From Octopus bimaculoides (lineage: Eukaryota), in the NCBI RefSeq assembly GCF_001194135.2, contig NC_068989.1:72526214-72575228 (forward strand): a stretch of DNA of 49,015 bases. The letters run 5' to 3'. This document shows, in pieces, positions 36,264 to 49,015 of this stretch. The translations under genes and the position numbers were made by a program. The notes beneath the pieces are model-generated. The model saw only the letters and a list, made by a program, of their open reading frames with translations, made no database searches and was not told where the DNA came from. Every line of letters starts with the position of its first letter. The stretch's first letter is position 1.

Positions 36264-36689
36264 AAAGTGGCTCTCAACAACAAGTACAGTCTATAGACAG
36301 ATCACGCATGCCAGATGATAACGTTGATGGCCAGAGCTGACGTGATTGTGTGTAGGTTTCGCCAACGAAAATAGCCCCCGAAATAAACTATACTGGCGAG
36401 AAAGAAAAGGAAAAGAACATCCGAAAACTACACAAAGTTCAATGATCGCATATTTCAGTCTTACCATAGTCAAAGTCAGTCAGAAATAAACATGGAATTT
36501 TCGAATTGGAGTGAAGAAGAATCAAGCAAGCACACACACAAAACAGAACAGCATTATTAGTCTCGATTGCAAAAAGGAAAAAAAAAAACCCCACATCTGT
36601 GATGCGATTGATATAGGTACAAATAGAACGAGAATGGAAGGTGATAAATGATAACAGCCAGATAAAAAGCTCATGATGACATTAGAAAT

Positions 36690-37080
36690 TGTTGTTGTTG
36701 GCACTCCATCGCTTACGACGTCGAGGGTTCCAGTTGATCCGGTCAACGGAACAGCCTGCTCGTGAAATTAACGTGCAAGTGGCTGAGCACTCCACAGACA
36801 CGTGTACCCTTAACGTAGTTCTCGGGGATATTCGGCGTAACACAGAGTGTGACAAGGCTGACCCTTTGAACTACAGGCACAACAGAAACAGGAAGCAAGA
36901 GTGAGAGAAAGTTGTGGTGAAAGAGTACAGTAGGGTTCGCCATCATCTCCTGCCGGAGCCTCGTGGAGCTTTAGGTGTTTTCGCTCAATAAACACTCACA
37001 ACGCCCGGTCTAGGAATCGAAACAGCAATCCTATGACCTCGAGTCCGCTGCCCTAACGGCTGGGCCACTGCGACTCCACC
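36690..37080 (-). mobile_element. tRNA-derived SINE family C, complete, with 12-bp TSD
   Basis: Reverse complement of 18393-18776 with few differences; TSD GACATTAGAAAT at 36678-36689 and 37081-37092. Confidence 0.92.
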
Positions 37081-37164
37081 GACATTAGAAATATCTATTA
37101 GATAAATAGCGTGTAGTTTGATGGTTAAGAAATGTTAAATTATTAACGAATTTGAGGAGCAAGA

Positions 37165-37270
37165 TCATAAGTCGAGTGATTCAATCCAGCATCTGCAATG
37201 CTTTGTATATAGGTGAGATGGTTAACCGTCTCGAACAATGTTTTTCAAAGACGAGGGTGGTAGAAAATTT
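37165..37270 (+). mobile_element. Decayed Penelope GIY-YIG relic
   Basis: SSICNALYIGEMVNRLEQCF resembles the CxxCxxxYIGETxRxLxxRF segment of PLE endonucleases. Confidence 0.5.
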
Positions 37271-37544
37271 TATATGGGTACTAGAGAAAAAAGGAGGCAA
37301 TAGGGCGACCGTAGATTCATCTCTACAGGTTTTTAAAACTTTTGTCTACTATTTAAATATTGATCCTTTAAAAAAGTTACGTTTATGAATATATTTTGCA
37401 AGATTCCTGATAAGAAATCGTGTGTTGGAACAGATATTATTTACATTTCAGGATGGTTATTCTTTTATTGCTAAACAGACACACGCACTATATATTCGTT
37501 CTTCACTCGTTTATTTATTGTTCTTATTTTATCTCATCTCCATT

Positions 37545-37588
37545 GTCTAGAAATCTTTCGTCACACATCTGTGACCTCTTCAGCAACT
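37545..37588 (-). ncRNA. Decayed type I hammerhead motif
   Basis: AGUUG-CUGAAGA-G-GUCACA-GAUG-UGUGAC-GAA-AGAUUU-C-UAGAC. Core and 6-bp stem II intact; stem III near-palindromic; stem I only 3 pairs, two of them G-U. Confidence 0.5.
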
Positions 37589-38869
37589 CTTCCATCTACG
37601 TGCTTCCTACCGTTTTGTTTAGTCGGGATAGTGGACATAAGATAAAATAAGCACAATAATAAACAAATGAAGAATGAATGTATAGTGTGTGTGTTTATTT
37701 GGCAAGAAAAAGTGACGATCCCGAAATATAACATTACTTTTTTAAAAAAGATTTTAGTGCAATATCACAATATGAATTGTTTGTTGCCCACTATTATAGC
37801 AATAACTACAATAATAGCAGACATCGAAATGCGAATAAGAAATATAATAAACCAATTATACACCACTTATCCTTATAGTATTCATTTATATTTGGGTGGT
37901 ACTGTGATAAGTTGCCACCTCTAATCAAACTAGTACCCAGAACTAAATTATTCTAGCCTAATATTATGTGCATGTATGTTGAATATGGTGAGGTGGTGTT
38001 GAGAACAACTCGCTAATGTTCGCAGCAACATTCTCGGTTCCTTCAAACCCATTCCTCGCGAAACACACACGATTTAACATATCAAGCAAATCCGCTGATC
38101 ACTTGTAGTCTGAGCTGTTTATAATGATAGCTTCAGGCAGAAGTTAAAAGGGCCTCACTTTCAATATGAAACCTCTGCTCTGCAATACACGGAAATCTGC
38201 CTCAGCTTCCAGCCCACCTCTTCACATCTTAACTGTTAGTCATTCTGCCATCTGATGCTCTCAGACAAGAATTTGATAGATCTATGTTATGTAAATGTCG
38301 CGAGTGCACCTATGGGGACATATGTAAGAGTGCGTATACTCCCACATATACACATGCATATACACACACATACATACAAATCAATGAACATTTTCAGCCG
38401 GCTACCTTTTTATTAAAGAGAAGTCAAGATAGATTTTAGATCTATATAATTCTGCTTCTTTTCGCCATGGTGTTGGACAGACTTAAAAGTTTAAATCCAA
38501 CTCAAATATAATAAACACGGCAATTTTTACACTCCTTTTTTCAATCATCATGGACCCCTACAGTGAGGGGTGATAGCTACCTATTATGAGAGCCATTGAT
38601 CTATAATACTGACCAATATTTAACCAGTTTTACTTAATAATTTTTGTGAATCTCATTATTTTCTTGGTGCAGGCTTTAAATTTGTTTCCCGTTCCACAAC
38701 CACCGGTTCTCCACTTTCCCTCTTTACTTGACATCCATCGCGGTATTGTTTACACTTCGACTGTCTCTACCGTTTACTTTTATTCTTAACTTCCCCTTTC
38801 ATTCGTTTACTACGCATTTTACTCCCTCGTTCATGCCACCTCTTTCTCACTCATATAACTAGACTTAAG

Positions 38870-39150
38870 TTTGTCTTGAGCCTCAGGACTCATAAAACGG
38901 AGCTTAATCTGGTTTCCGTGGCGTATAAGTGATTGTCATTACAACACTCCCTTTCCTGAATAGGACGCTAGCCCATCGTAGAGTTAACTTCCTAGCTATT
39001 GCTGAAACTCATTTACAGTTGAGTGGACATGAGCAACGTAAAAGTGAGTGTTTTACTCAAGAACACAACGCATCGCCAGGTCTGGGATTAAGACTCCAAT
39101 CTTACAATCGTGAATGCAACACTTTCACCATTCTATGGATACCTTTCACT
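38870..39150 (-). mobile_element. SINE family D, diverged
   Basis: GGACGCTAGCCCATCGTAG...CTCAAGAACACAACGCATCGCC...AATCTTACAATCGTGA is homologous to 478-722. Confidence 0.65.
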
Positions 39151-39432
39151 AAAATAGTTCTAAATCATTGCCTTATTTTGCGCGTACTTTGTCTTAACAT
39201 TCTGTTTTTTCCCGCGTTTTCTCTGGACTTGAAGAACATCTCTTTCTCAGCATCTTCAGCCATTGGTTCCTGCTACCTTCCCTTATAAGCTCTGAATTCC
39301 TTCCTCTTTGTACATTTCGTATTCTAGAGTTCTGACATCAATCTGCCTATCTCATGACCTTCTTTTCACAAACCTCAATTCCCATGCCACTTTATACTCC
39401 TCCGCTACTCCCTATTAATAATATACCGGCAT

Positions 39433-39905
39433 AAGGCGGCGAGCTGGCAAAACCGTTAGCACGCCAGGCGAAATACTTAGCGGTGTTTCGTCCATTTTTA
39501 CGTTCTGAGTTCAATTCCCATCGAGGTTGTTTTTGTCTTTCATCCTTTCGGGGTAGGTGAAATAAGTACCAGTTGAACAGTGGGGGGTCAACCTTTGAGG
39601 ATCGATAAAATAGTCCAGCTTCAGATTTCCTTCGGTTGTTTTAAAATAATAATTACAATGCAAATATATATCAACATGGAGTCAAACCAAGGCGGCGAAT
39701 TGGGAGAATAGTTAGCACGCCGGGCAAAAGGCTTAGCAGTATTTCGTCCGTCTTTGTGTTCTGAGTTCAAATTCCACCGGGGTCGGCTTTCCTTTTCCTC
39801 GTTTCAGGGTCGATAAAATAAGTACCATTTGAGTACTGGGATTGATGTAATCGACTTACATCTCCCACCGAACTTGCTAGCCTTGTGCCAAAATTTGAAA
39901 CCAAT
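39433..39905 (+). mobile_element. Two SINE family A copies
   Basis: 39433-39600 and 39690-39905 each have A and B boxes; the second ends GTGCCAAAATTTGAAACC. Confidence 0.85.
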
Positions 39906-40469
39906 GCAGTCAGAAAACACCTCCACTGAGAAGGCATAATTTACCTCCTGGGTGGGAAAGAGGTATAAATTTAACACCATTTAAGAACGACCGGAAAATG
40001 TATTAGACATGGTAGCTAATGGATTTTCACAGTTGACAACAAATAAACAAATAAATAAATAAAGATATATTAACTAATTGATATATAAATAAATAGAATT
40101 TATTAACACTTCGTACGTGACAATTTTCGATTTAGAATATTTATTTAGCCATCTGTTTTTTTTTTCTATCTACATATATATCTATTTCTCTGTCTATGTA
40201 CCTACATATATATATTTGCCCTTTTCACTGAAGCACACGTGCGTGCACTCATTTACACGCACGACATATTCATATATATTTATGTACATTCATATACACT
40301 CGTTCATATACATACATTTATATCAACACTGCCTTGAAACAATTCTCAAAAATCTTCACATTTTTCTCTCCCACTTTGCTTCTTGACTCGCGCCCTATTA
40401 AGTACCATCTCGTTCTCGATCATTCTAACCCGCATTATATATACACATATATATATATATATATGTATA

Positions 40470-40521
<52 letters not shown>

Positions 40522-40587
40522 CATATACATATACATATATATATATATGTATGTATGTATATGTATATATATAGGTGTTTATATATA

Positions 40588-40639
<52 letters not shown>

Positions 40640-40800
40640 CATATAAACATGCATACCTATACATACACGTAGGCATTTCGTACAACATACACGCATACAT
40701 GTACCTATCCACACCTCCATGGCTAAAACCTTTCAGTATTTTGCTATCACCGTCTCGCCATTCCGCTTTTTGTCACTTCCCCTCTCTCTTTCTCTATAGC

Positions 40801-40836
<36 letters not shown>

Positions 40837-41174
40837 AGTATGTATGTGCTTTATTTATCTCTGTCTATACAGGCTCGCAAAACCACTCACAAACATAAAA
40901 CCATGTATACATTACATACATACATACATACATACATAGGCAAACGCGCAAACACACGAACACTAATACACACAAGTAAACATACACAAATATATACAAA
41001 TATACCCATACGTACGCATTTACACAACAACACGCCATTAGTCTGTTGAATATAAAATAAATACTATAATTATATAAGACAAAAAAACATTTTTACTTCT
41101 TCCCTTTTCCTCATTGACTTAAGAAAATGAAACACTGAGACATGTGTATACACAACCATACACGCTAACGCGCA

Positions 41175-41480
41175 CACATATGTACGTATTCATGTATGTA
41201 TGTATGTATGTATGTATGTAAGTATTATGTATGTATGTATGTATGTATGTATGTATGTATGTATGCGTGTATGTATGTATGTATGTATGTATGTGAGTAT
41301 GCATGTACGTACTATGTATGTATGAATATATGTATGTATGTACGTACGTACGTACGTATGTATGTATGTATGTACGTACGTACGTATGTATGTATGTATG
41401 TATGTATGTATGTATGTATGTACGTACGTATGTATGCATATTGTATGTACATAAGTATGTATGTATGTATGTATGTATAT
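41175..41480. repeat. (ATGT)n / (ACGT)n compound microsatellite
   Basis: Direct reading. Confidence 0.95.
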
Positions 41481-41696
41481 AAAGAAAAAATACCTAAAGG
41501 CACACACACTTGCACAAACATTTTCGTCAACACCTCTTTAGCGACCACCCAGCTAAACTGTACGGAAGATGTCAGACGGAAGTTGAAATCCAAAACTCTC
41601 CCAGATGCACTACGCTGGATCACCCACAAGCGATGACGTTGAGAACGATAATGGCGGAAACAACAACAAGTAACAACAACAGACAACAAAGGCGAC

Positions 41697-42305
<609 letters not shown>

Positions 42306-42476
42306 TATTTTCTTTCATTTGCCTCAAGGCCAGTGTCTGAAACAGACTTTAAAGGGACAAATTCCAAAAGTTACAGTTGAGATTTTACACAGAATCGATT
42401 ATATACATACATCCATACATACTTACACAGCCACACACACTAAATCTATCTTCCATCACACACACATATATACTCA

Positions 42477-42697
42477 CAGATGTGGGTACTGAAAGGTTCC
42501 TGGCTTTGAGGGTGTCGCGAAAGGCCCGTTTAGAGGCCCCCGCCTTCCAAGTTCTTTTACAGGGCTTGCAAAAACTGAAGGATCACCGCAGTAAGAGAGA
42601 ATCCGAGAGGGGAATATGTTGAATAAATATCATAATGAACTGATCCTCCTGTATTATCTTTTACCCAAAGCCAGGAAATTTCCAGCATCCGCTCCGG
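42477..42697 (+). mobile_element. Mariner-derived MITE (about 220 bp)
   Basis: Imperfect TIRs GGGTACTGAAAGGTTCCTGGCTTT and AAAGCCAGGAAATTTCCAGCATCC; right flank TA; interior GLQKLKDHRSKRESERG resembles a mariner transposase C-terminus. Confidence 0.7.
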
Positions 42698-42930
42698 TAT
42701 ATATATACAAAGTATGGGGTTTAGTACACAGGTGATCTAAACGATTAGGTTCGCTAGGTAAGTGCTGTAACGGATTACTAGGGCTCCAACTTTACAGCTG
42801 AGACGGGAGCTATGGAGCCATTGCAGATTTCCGATGCAGCGGATATATAACTGTTAAACAGGACAGCAAACATTAAGGCAAGGCAAACATCTCAAGTCAT
42901 ATACAATATTATTATAGGAAGTAATTCAAA

Positions 42931-42986
42931 ATCTTACACCTGTTTCTCGAATATCTCAGCGTATGGGATATTCCATCATCAGAGAC
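42931..42986 (-). ncRNA. Type I hammerhead ribozyme, long stem II (left arm)
   Basis: GUCU-CUGAUGA-UGGAAUAUC-(11 nt)-GAUAUUCGA-GAAA-CAGGUGU-A-AGAU. Canonical core, stem II 8/9, GUA triplet; stem III palindrome broken by one substitution. Confidence 0.65.
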
Positions 42987-43053
42987 AAATAGGGGGGAAA
43001 ATAGGGAAAATGAGAATGATATATATTATTTTCCCTATTTTCCCCCACTATTT

Positions 43054-43109
43054 GTCTCTGATGACGGTATATCCCGTACTCGGGGATATCCCAGAAACAG
43101 CTGTAAGAT
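43054..43109 (+). ncRNA. Type I hammerhead ribozyme, long stem II (right arm)
   Basis: GUCU-CUGAUGA-CGGUAUAUCCC-GUACUCG-GGGAUAUCCCA-GAA-ACAGCUGU-A-AGAU. Canonical core, 8-nt palindromic stem III, GUA triplet, 4-bp stem I with a terminal G-U. Confidence 0.7.
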
Positions 43110-43741
43110 TTTGAATTTCTTCCTATAATAATATTGTATACGATCTGAGATGTTTGCCTTGCTTTAACGTTTGCTGTCCTAGGTTTATGTATTTTCAAGA
43201 TTCTTGATATGACAAAAACNNNNNNNNNNTACATACATACATTCATACATACATACATATGTACACACACACTCACATACATACATACATACATACATGA
43301 ATATATATATATATACATACATATATATATATGTATGTATGTATGTATGTATATATATATATATTCTGATTATTATCCTGCGAAAGTTTAACCCAATTTC
43401 ATGAAATACTATATTAATATTTTTTTGCCCCCAAAAGATTATAAGTGATAATCAATAATTTTCTTTATATTCTCTTATGCGTTCTGCATATATTGTTTTT
43501 CCTATGCTCATACCGAAATGTGATTAAGAACGAAGCCAAAATATCAGTTCCTGACATTGACAGAAATCTAGTATACAAATCGAATCTCTGCGGGATTCAA
43601 AGCTGTCCCCTTAAATGTTCGCAGCAACTTTTTTGCATTGTAGTAATTCAAATATAATCCCCAATCCATTTAAAATATTCCGTTACAGCAAGTCGTTGTC
43701 AAAAAGCGAATAATAATAATAATAATAATAATAACAATAAC

Positions 43742-43788
<47 letters not shown>

Positions 43789-43790
43789 GC

Positions 43791-44230
43791 AATTTTAGGG
43801 GAGGGGATGAGTCGATTAAAATCGACCCCAGTGTTCCGCTGGTACTTATTTTATCAACCCCCGAAGGGGTTGAAGGCAAAGTCGACCTCGGCGGAATTTG
43901 AACTCAGAACGTGAAGACGGACGAAATACCGCTAAGCATTTCGCTAACGAGTCTGTAACCTCGCCGATTTATTAAATAAATAAATAAATAAAAATAATAG
44001 CAATAATAATCTTTTCTAATTAAGGCGCAAGGCCAGAAATTTCAGGGGAGAGGACAAGTCGATTACATCTACCCCAGTGTTTCACTGGTACTTAATTTAT
44101 TGACCTCGAAAGGATGAACAACAAAGTCAATCTCGGTGGAATTTGAACTCAGAACATGCAGACAGACGAAGTGCCGCCGTATAGCATTTCGCCTGGCGCG
44201 TTAACAATTCTGCCAGCTCGCCGCCTTTAT

Positions 44231-44264
<34 letters not shown>

Positions 44265-44266
44265 GC

Positions 44267-44297
<31 letters not shown>

Positions 44298-44531
44298 CCA
44301 CCACCACCAACAATAATAATAATAATAATGGTTTCAAATTTTACCACAAAGGCAGGAATCTCGGGGGAGAGAATGAGTCGATTACATCGACCCAGTGTTC
44401 AACTGGTATATTATTTTATCGAACCTGCAAGAATGAAAGGTAAAGTAAACCTCGGCGGAATTTGAACTCGCCCTGTTGGGACGGGCGAAATACCGCTAAG
44501 CATTTCGTCCAGCGTGCTAACGATTCTGTCA

Positions 44532-44590
<59 letters not shown>

Positions 44591-44640
44591 ATGATAATAA
44601 TAATAATCTTTTCTACTATAGGCACAAGGCCTGAAACTTA
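43791..44640 (-). mobile_element. Tandem cluster of four SINE family A copies
   Basis: Copies at about 43791-43965, 44011-44225, 44329-44530 and a 3' tip at 44606-44640, separated by (TAAA)n, (CAA)n/(TAA)n and (CTA)n. Confidence 0.88.
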
Positions 44641-44777
44641 TCCTATCGGTGTCTTTTGCCGAACTGCTAATGTTACGGGAACGTAAACACACAAACACCG
44701 GTTGTCAAGATGTGGTGGTGATGGACAAACAAAAGCACAAAGGCATACACACACACACATATACATACATACATACA

Positions 44778-44810
<33 letters not shown>

Positions 44811-44975
44811 GTGTGTATATATATATATACGTCGAGTTTCTTTCAGTTTTCCACTCACAAGGCTTTCGTTGACCAGGGGTTATAGTAGAAGACTCTTGCC
44901 CACTGTGCCCCGCAGAGAGACTGAACCCGGAAACGTGGTCGGGAAAGCGGCTTCTTACCATACAGCATCTGCGCT
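44641..44975 (-). mobile_element. SINE family B with internal (CATA)n
   Basis: TCTTTTGCCGAACTGC...CACCGGTTGTCAAG...TTTCTTTCAGTTTTCCACTCACAAGGC...CTTCTTACCATACAGCATCTGCGC. Confidence 0.8.
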
Positions 44976-45069
44976 TGAACTACCTAAGGAAAGTTGAACT
45001 CTTTTTTCTTCTCTCTCTCTCCCCATCTCCTTATTCCTTTATCCCCTTCCTCTATGTCGTCGTCACATT

Positions 45070-45240
45070 AATATATACCATTCTCATTTTCTCTACTTTT
45101 CCCTATTTGTCTTTGATGACGGAATATCCCATACTCGGGGATATCCCAGAAACAGCTGTAAGACTTTGAATTTTTTCCAATAATAATAATGTATACGACT
45201 TGAGATGTTTTCCTTGTCTTATCGTTTGTTGTCCTTTTTA
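45070..45240 (+). mobile_element. Single monomer of family H5
   Basis: Homologous to one arm plus the spacer of the 42860-43180 fold-back; the 3' end runs into (TA)n. Confidence 0.8.
45109..45164 (+). ncRNA. Type I hammerhead motif with a C3U substitution
   Basis: GUCU-UUGAUGA-CGGAAUAUCCC-AUACUCG-GGGAUAUCCCA-GAA-ACAGCUGU-A-AGAC. Stem I 4/4; U3 faces G8 (not compensated). Confidence 0.6.
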
Positions 45241-45540
45241 ACAATTATATATATATATATATNNNNNNNNNNNNNNNNNNNNNNNNNNNNNNNNNNNNNN
45301 NNNNNNNNNNNNNNNNNNNNNNNNNNNNNNNNNNNNNNNNNNNNNNNNNNNNNNNNNNNNNNNNNNNNNNNNNNNNNNNNNNNNNNNNNNNNNNNNNNNN
45401 NNNNNNNNNNNNNNNNNNNNNNNNNNNNNNNNNNNNNNNNNNNNNNNNNNNNNNNNNNNNNNNNNNNNNNNNNNNNNNNNNNNNNNNNNNNNNNNNNNNN
45501 NNNNNNNNNNNNNNNNNNNNNNNNNNNNNNNNNNNNNNNN

Positions 45541-45587
<47 letters not shown>

Positions 45588-46301
45588 CATAAGTCCATTC
45601 CAACCGGTTTTAATAGAACAACGTAACAAAGATGATTGAAATGGCCTCTATGACAATCCTAGGATACCATATTGATCCAAAACTCGTTTATGACAATGTT
45701 TTGTGTGTCGGTGTGCCGCTGAAATACTGGTGAGCCCTTCAATACCACTTCACTTTATGTATAATTGTAAATAGTCCAATAATATTTTTTTTCTGGTGCT
45801 ATTAAAAACAAAAATGCCTTTACTGCCTTTAGATCGAGATATATAGATGTTGTTCTCGCTTTGTTAAAATTTGGGACTATTATTTTTGCAGATGTCGAAC
45901 TGTTGGCATGAAACCAAGAATCACAAAAACGAGCGACGTCATCATCTGAAATGGAACAGGCGCACATTTGAATACACACACACACACACACACATGGACG
46001 TACACATTCATACATACATAAATATATACATGTATATGTGTTTATGTATGGTTATATGTGAGTGTGTGTGTGTGTGTGTATGTGTGTGCATTAAGCAAGC
46101 AAGCGTCCACGCAAGCGCATACAATACATACGCGTGTATGACGGTTGGTGCATTATTTCGTGTGTTGGTCTATATCTGCATTATGTAGTCATTGTTTATT
46201 ATTTCTTGTCGTGTAGGTATGTGGGTTGGGGTGTTGGTCTGTCTACACATAACTCAGTATACTTCGGAGTAAACCAATACATACACATAAGAGTATATAT
46301 G

Positions 46302-46364
<63 letters not shown>

Positions 46365-46391
46365 ATATATGTATGAATATATGTATATATG

Positions 46392-46430
<39 letters not shown>

Positions 46431-47384
46431 NNNNNNNNNNNNNNNNNNNNNNNNNNNNNNNNNNNNNNNNNNNNNNNNNNNNNNNNNNNNNNNNNNNNNN
46501 NNNNNNNNNNNNNNNNNNNNNNNNNNNNNNNNNNNNNNNNNNNNNNNNNNNNNNNNNNNNNNNNNNNNNNNNNNNNNNNNNNNNNNNNNNNNNNNNNNNN
46601 NNNNNNNNNNNNNNNNNNNNNNNNNNNNNNNNNNNNNNNNNNNNNNNNNNNNNNNNNNNNNNNNNNNNNNNNNNNNNNNNNNNNNNNNNNNNNNNNNNNN
46701 NNNNNNNNNNNNNNNNNNNNNNNNNNNNNNNNNNNNNNNNNNNNNNNNNNNNNNNNNNNNNNNNNNNNNNNNNNNNNNNNNNNNNNNNNNNNNNNNNNNN
46801 NNNNNNNNNNNNNNNNNNNNNNNNNNNNNNNNNNNNNNNNNNNNNNNNNNNNNNNNNNNNNNNNNNNNNNNNNNNNNNNNNNNNNNNNNNNNNNNNNNNN
46901 NNNNNNNNNNNNNNNNNNNNNNNNNNNNNNNNNNNNNNNNNNNNNNNNNNNNNNNNNNNNNNNNNNNNNNNNNNNNNNNNNNNNNNNNNNNNNNNNNNNN
47001 NNNNNNNNNNNNNNNNNNNNNNNNNNNNNNNNNNNNNNNNNNNNNNNNNNNNNNNATATATATAAAGACGTTTTGTCATCTGAAGCATCGCGATCGCGCC
47101 TAACTAGAAATTCTAAGGAGTGACGGAGTGAATCATCGTCTTTGAATGAATGACTAAACCTTAAATGTATTGAATACTTTTCTCCTTGCTTGTATAAGCG
47201 AACACCTGTGTATATGTATATATAAATGTAGAGGATGTTATCAGCAGATGATCCTTTTGAACTCGGGATCAAGTCAATTTTACAATATACGAAAGAATAG
47301 ACAATCGAATTTAGTTAGATGAAAAATGGATAATGTACGACGGTCAAGCAGTAATAAATAGAGGAGATGATCCATGCACTCGTT

Positions 47385-47945
47385 ACCTCAGGGTAACTTC
47401 CTCTCAGCTCATTTCTGGGTAACACTGGCTAATCTTCTAGTAATCCTGAAGTTCCAATCCACCTGGAGATCTGACCAGCATGGATTTGTCTCTCTTGGTA
47501 CCTAGATGATAGGACCAATTTTCCGAATTAAAGTATACATCTTCCCGCTACAACCTTGAATTCCTTCAATGCGGTACGGATCACCTCAATATCCGTGCTA
47601 TTCAAAGATATTGCGGTGACGTGTTCTACATATGCTGACACGATCTTCCCGGGTGCCAATACTGTCAAGATGCTTCAGCACACCTCTAGCTTTTATAGCA
47701 TTTGCTCATGGGTCAAAAAATACGAAGCGACAACTGAGAACATTTAAACGGACCGGGCATGTGATTCAAAGCACTTTCGATAGGGAGTCACTTTAGCTGA
47801 TTGTTGAGTGGATTGCAGTGTACATTAAAGATATCTAACCTCTGAGATGGGACTGAAAATGATGGCATTGAGGGCAACCACTAAACAAGAATGGACGATC
47901 TTATAGAAAAAATTTAGATTGATTCAAGTTGACCAGAGCACAACA
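47385..47945 (-). mobile_element. Tx1/L1-clade LINE reverse transcriptase relic
   Basis: Minus frames: ALVNLNQSKF (LD..KAFD-equivalent), RSV*MFSVVASYFLTHEQML*KLE (RQGCPLS region), IVSAYVEHVTAIS (YADD-equivalent), IRTALKEFKVVAG. Heavily decayed. Confidence 0.6.
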
Positions 47946-47984
47946 AAGGCCAGATTAAGTAATTGCTTTTTATTTTGGCACAAT

Positions 47985-48165
47985 TCTGAGAGGAAAAGGC
48001 TGGTCGACACTTTTCACTTCTGTACTAGACTGCTAATTATTTCATTGACCTCGTACTGATGAAAGGAATTGTTGACCTCGGCGAGGACTTGAAATTGAAA
48101 CAAACAACTGAATGAAAAGACAAAAGACACTTTACCGATGCTCTACTGATCCTGTCAGCTTGCTG
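47985..48165 (-). mobile_element. SINE family A, highly decayed
   Basis: ATTTCATTGACCTCG...GATGAAAGGAATTGTTGACCTCGGCG...CTCTACTGATCCTGTCAGCTTGCTGCC. Confidence 0.55.
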
Positions 48166-48498
48166 CCATAGCCAGATTAAATGATAACAATGCGTTAAAC
48201 GGAAGTAAAATCGACTGCGAGATATGACAAATATGTGGGCAGTGATTTATGGGTGCTGTTGATGCTGTTGTTTGAGATTCCTCAAAAGAGGAAGAATATA
48301 TATACACACTTTTTATGTAATATATATCTATGCACATACATTACGTACGTACATACATTACGTACGTACAAGCATGCATGCATACATGCATGCATACATA
48401 CATGCATACATATACATTATATACATAAGCGTATAGATATATTCATAAACACACACACATATGTATGAATATGACTATATGAATATGTGCATGTATAT

Positions 48499-48576
<78 letters not shown>

Positions 48577-48586
48577 NNNNNNNNNN

Positions 48587-48638
<52 letters not shown>

Positions 48639-48813
48639 AGAAAGGAAAAATACAGAAGGTGAAGGAGAAGGTCCCATCTGATTTTATTTTGAAATTATTG
48701 TTTTCATTTTACTAGAATGGAACTCACGTATGTCCGGAAAAAATACTTCTGCGGTTACTGATCTCTAAATCGCAAGTATGGGTCTTTGATGACGCAATAA
48801 CAGCTGCATGTTG

Positions 48814-48905
<92 letters not shown>
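48814..48905. repeat. (CTA)n(GTA)n near-symmetric self-complementary microsatellite
   Basis: Direct reading; centre ACTAGT at about 48858-48863. Confidence 0.9.
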
Positions 48906-48907
<2 letters not shown>

Positions 48908-49015
48908 CACCAGCAGTAGCTGCTGTAGTGGTGTTTCGTATTTTGCATATATATTGTTGCTTTTGCGGCACCTTTCTTCCTGTGTGAGTTCTGCTCACGC
49001 TATATATATATATAT

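Larger units (their letters stand above)
42860..43180. repeat. About 320-bp fold-back made of two inverted hammerhead-bearing monomers (family H5)
   Basis: Arm 42860-43011 is the reverse complement of arm 43028-43180 with scattered mismatches; 16-nt spacer. Confidence 0.9.

Noticed and set aside
36440-36495. Minus-strand CTGACTGA...GACTGAAATATGC
   Set aside because: The core does not fit CUGANGA or the U3-A8 form, and no stem I or II can be drawn convincingly.
47290-47345. DEKWIMYD mariner-like snippet
   Set aside because: Too short, with no TIR or further transposase sequence.
48782-48810. GTCTTTGATGACG...AACAGCTG resembling the H5 hammerhead
   Set aside because: Stem II and GAAA are absent and the flanks do not match H5; probably chance.

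Overview
AT-rich, microsatellite-saturated eukaryotic DNA with 11 N-gaps. The repeat content (abundant tRNA-headed SINEs, mariners, RTE and Penelope relics) suggests a cephalopod, probably Octopus (inference). I can support no intact protein-coding gene; most ORFs in the track are translations of simple repeats or gaps. Supported content: (1) an intron-containing alpha-tubulin pseudogene (23197-24939); (2) a full-length but dead cecropia-type (Hsmar1-like) mariner with TIRs and TA TSDs (7738-9013), two deleted mariners of a second family, a mariner MITE and a maT-like fragment; (3) RTE-BovB-like and Tx1/L1-like LINE relics; (4) a Penelope-like element whose RT and GIY-YIG parts are joined head-to-head; (5) about 30 SINE copies in four families. 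The most striking signal is a set of nine minimal type I hammerhead-ribozyme folds from five unrelated repeat families. Three carry the compensatory U3-A8 core, one family shows stem II covariation between copies, all have palindromic or near-palindromic stem III (dimer-type), and two loci are head-to-head inverted hammerhead pairs. All structures were read by eye and none has been tested for activity.
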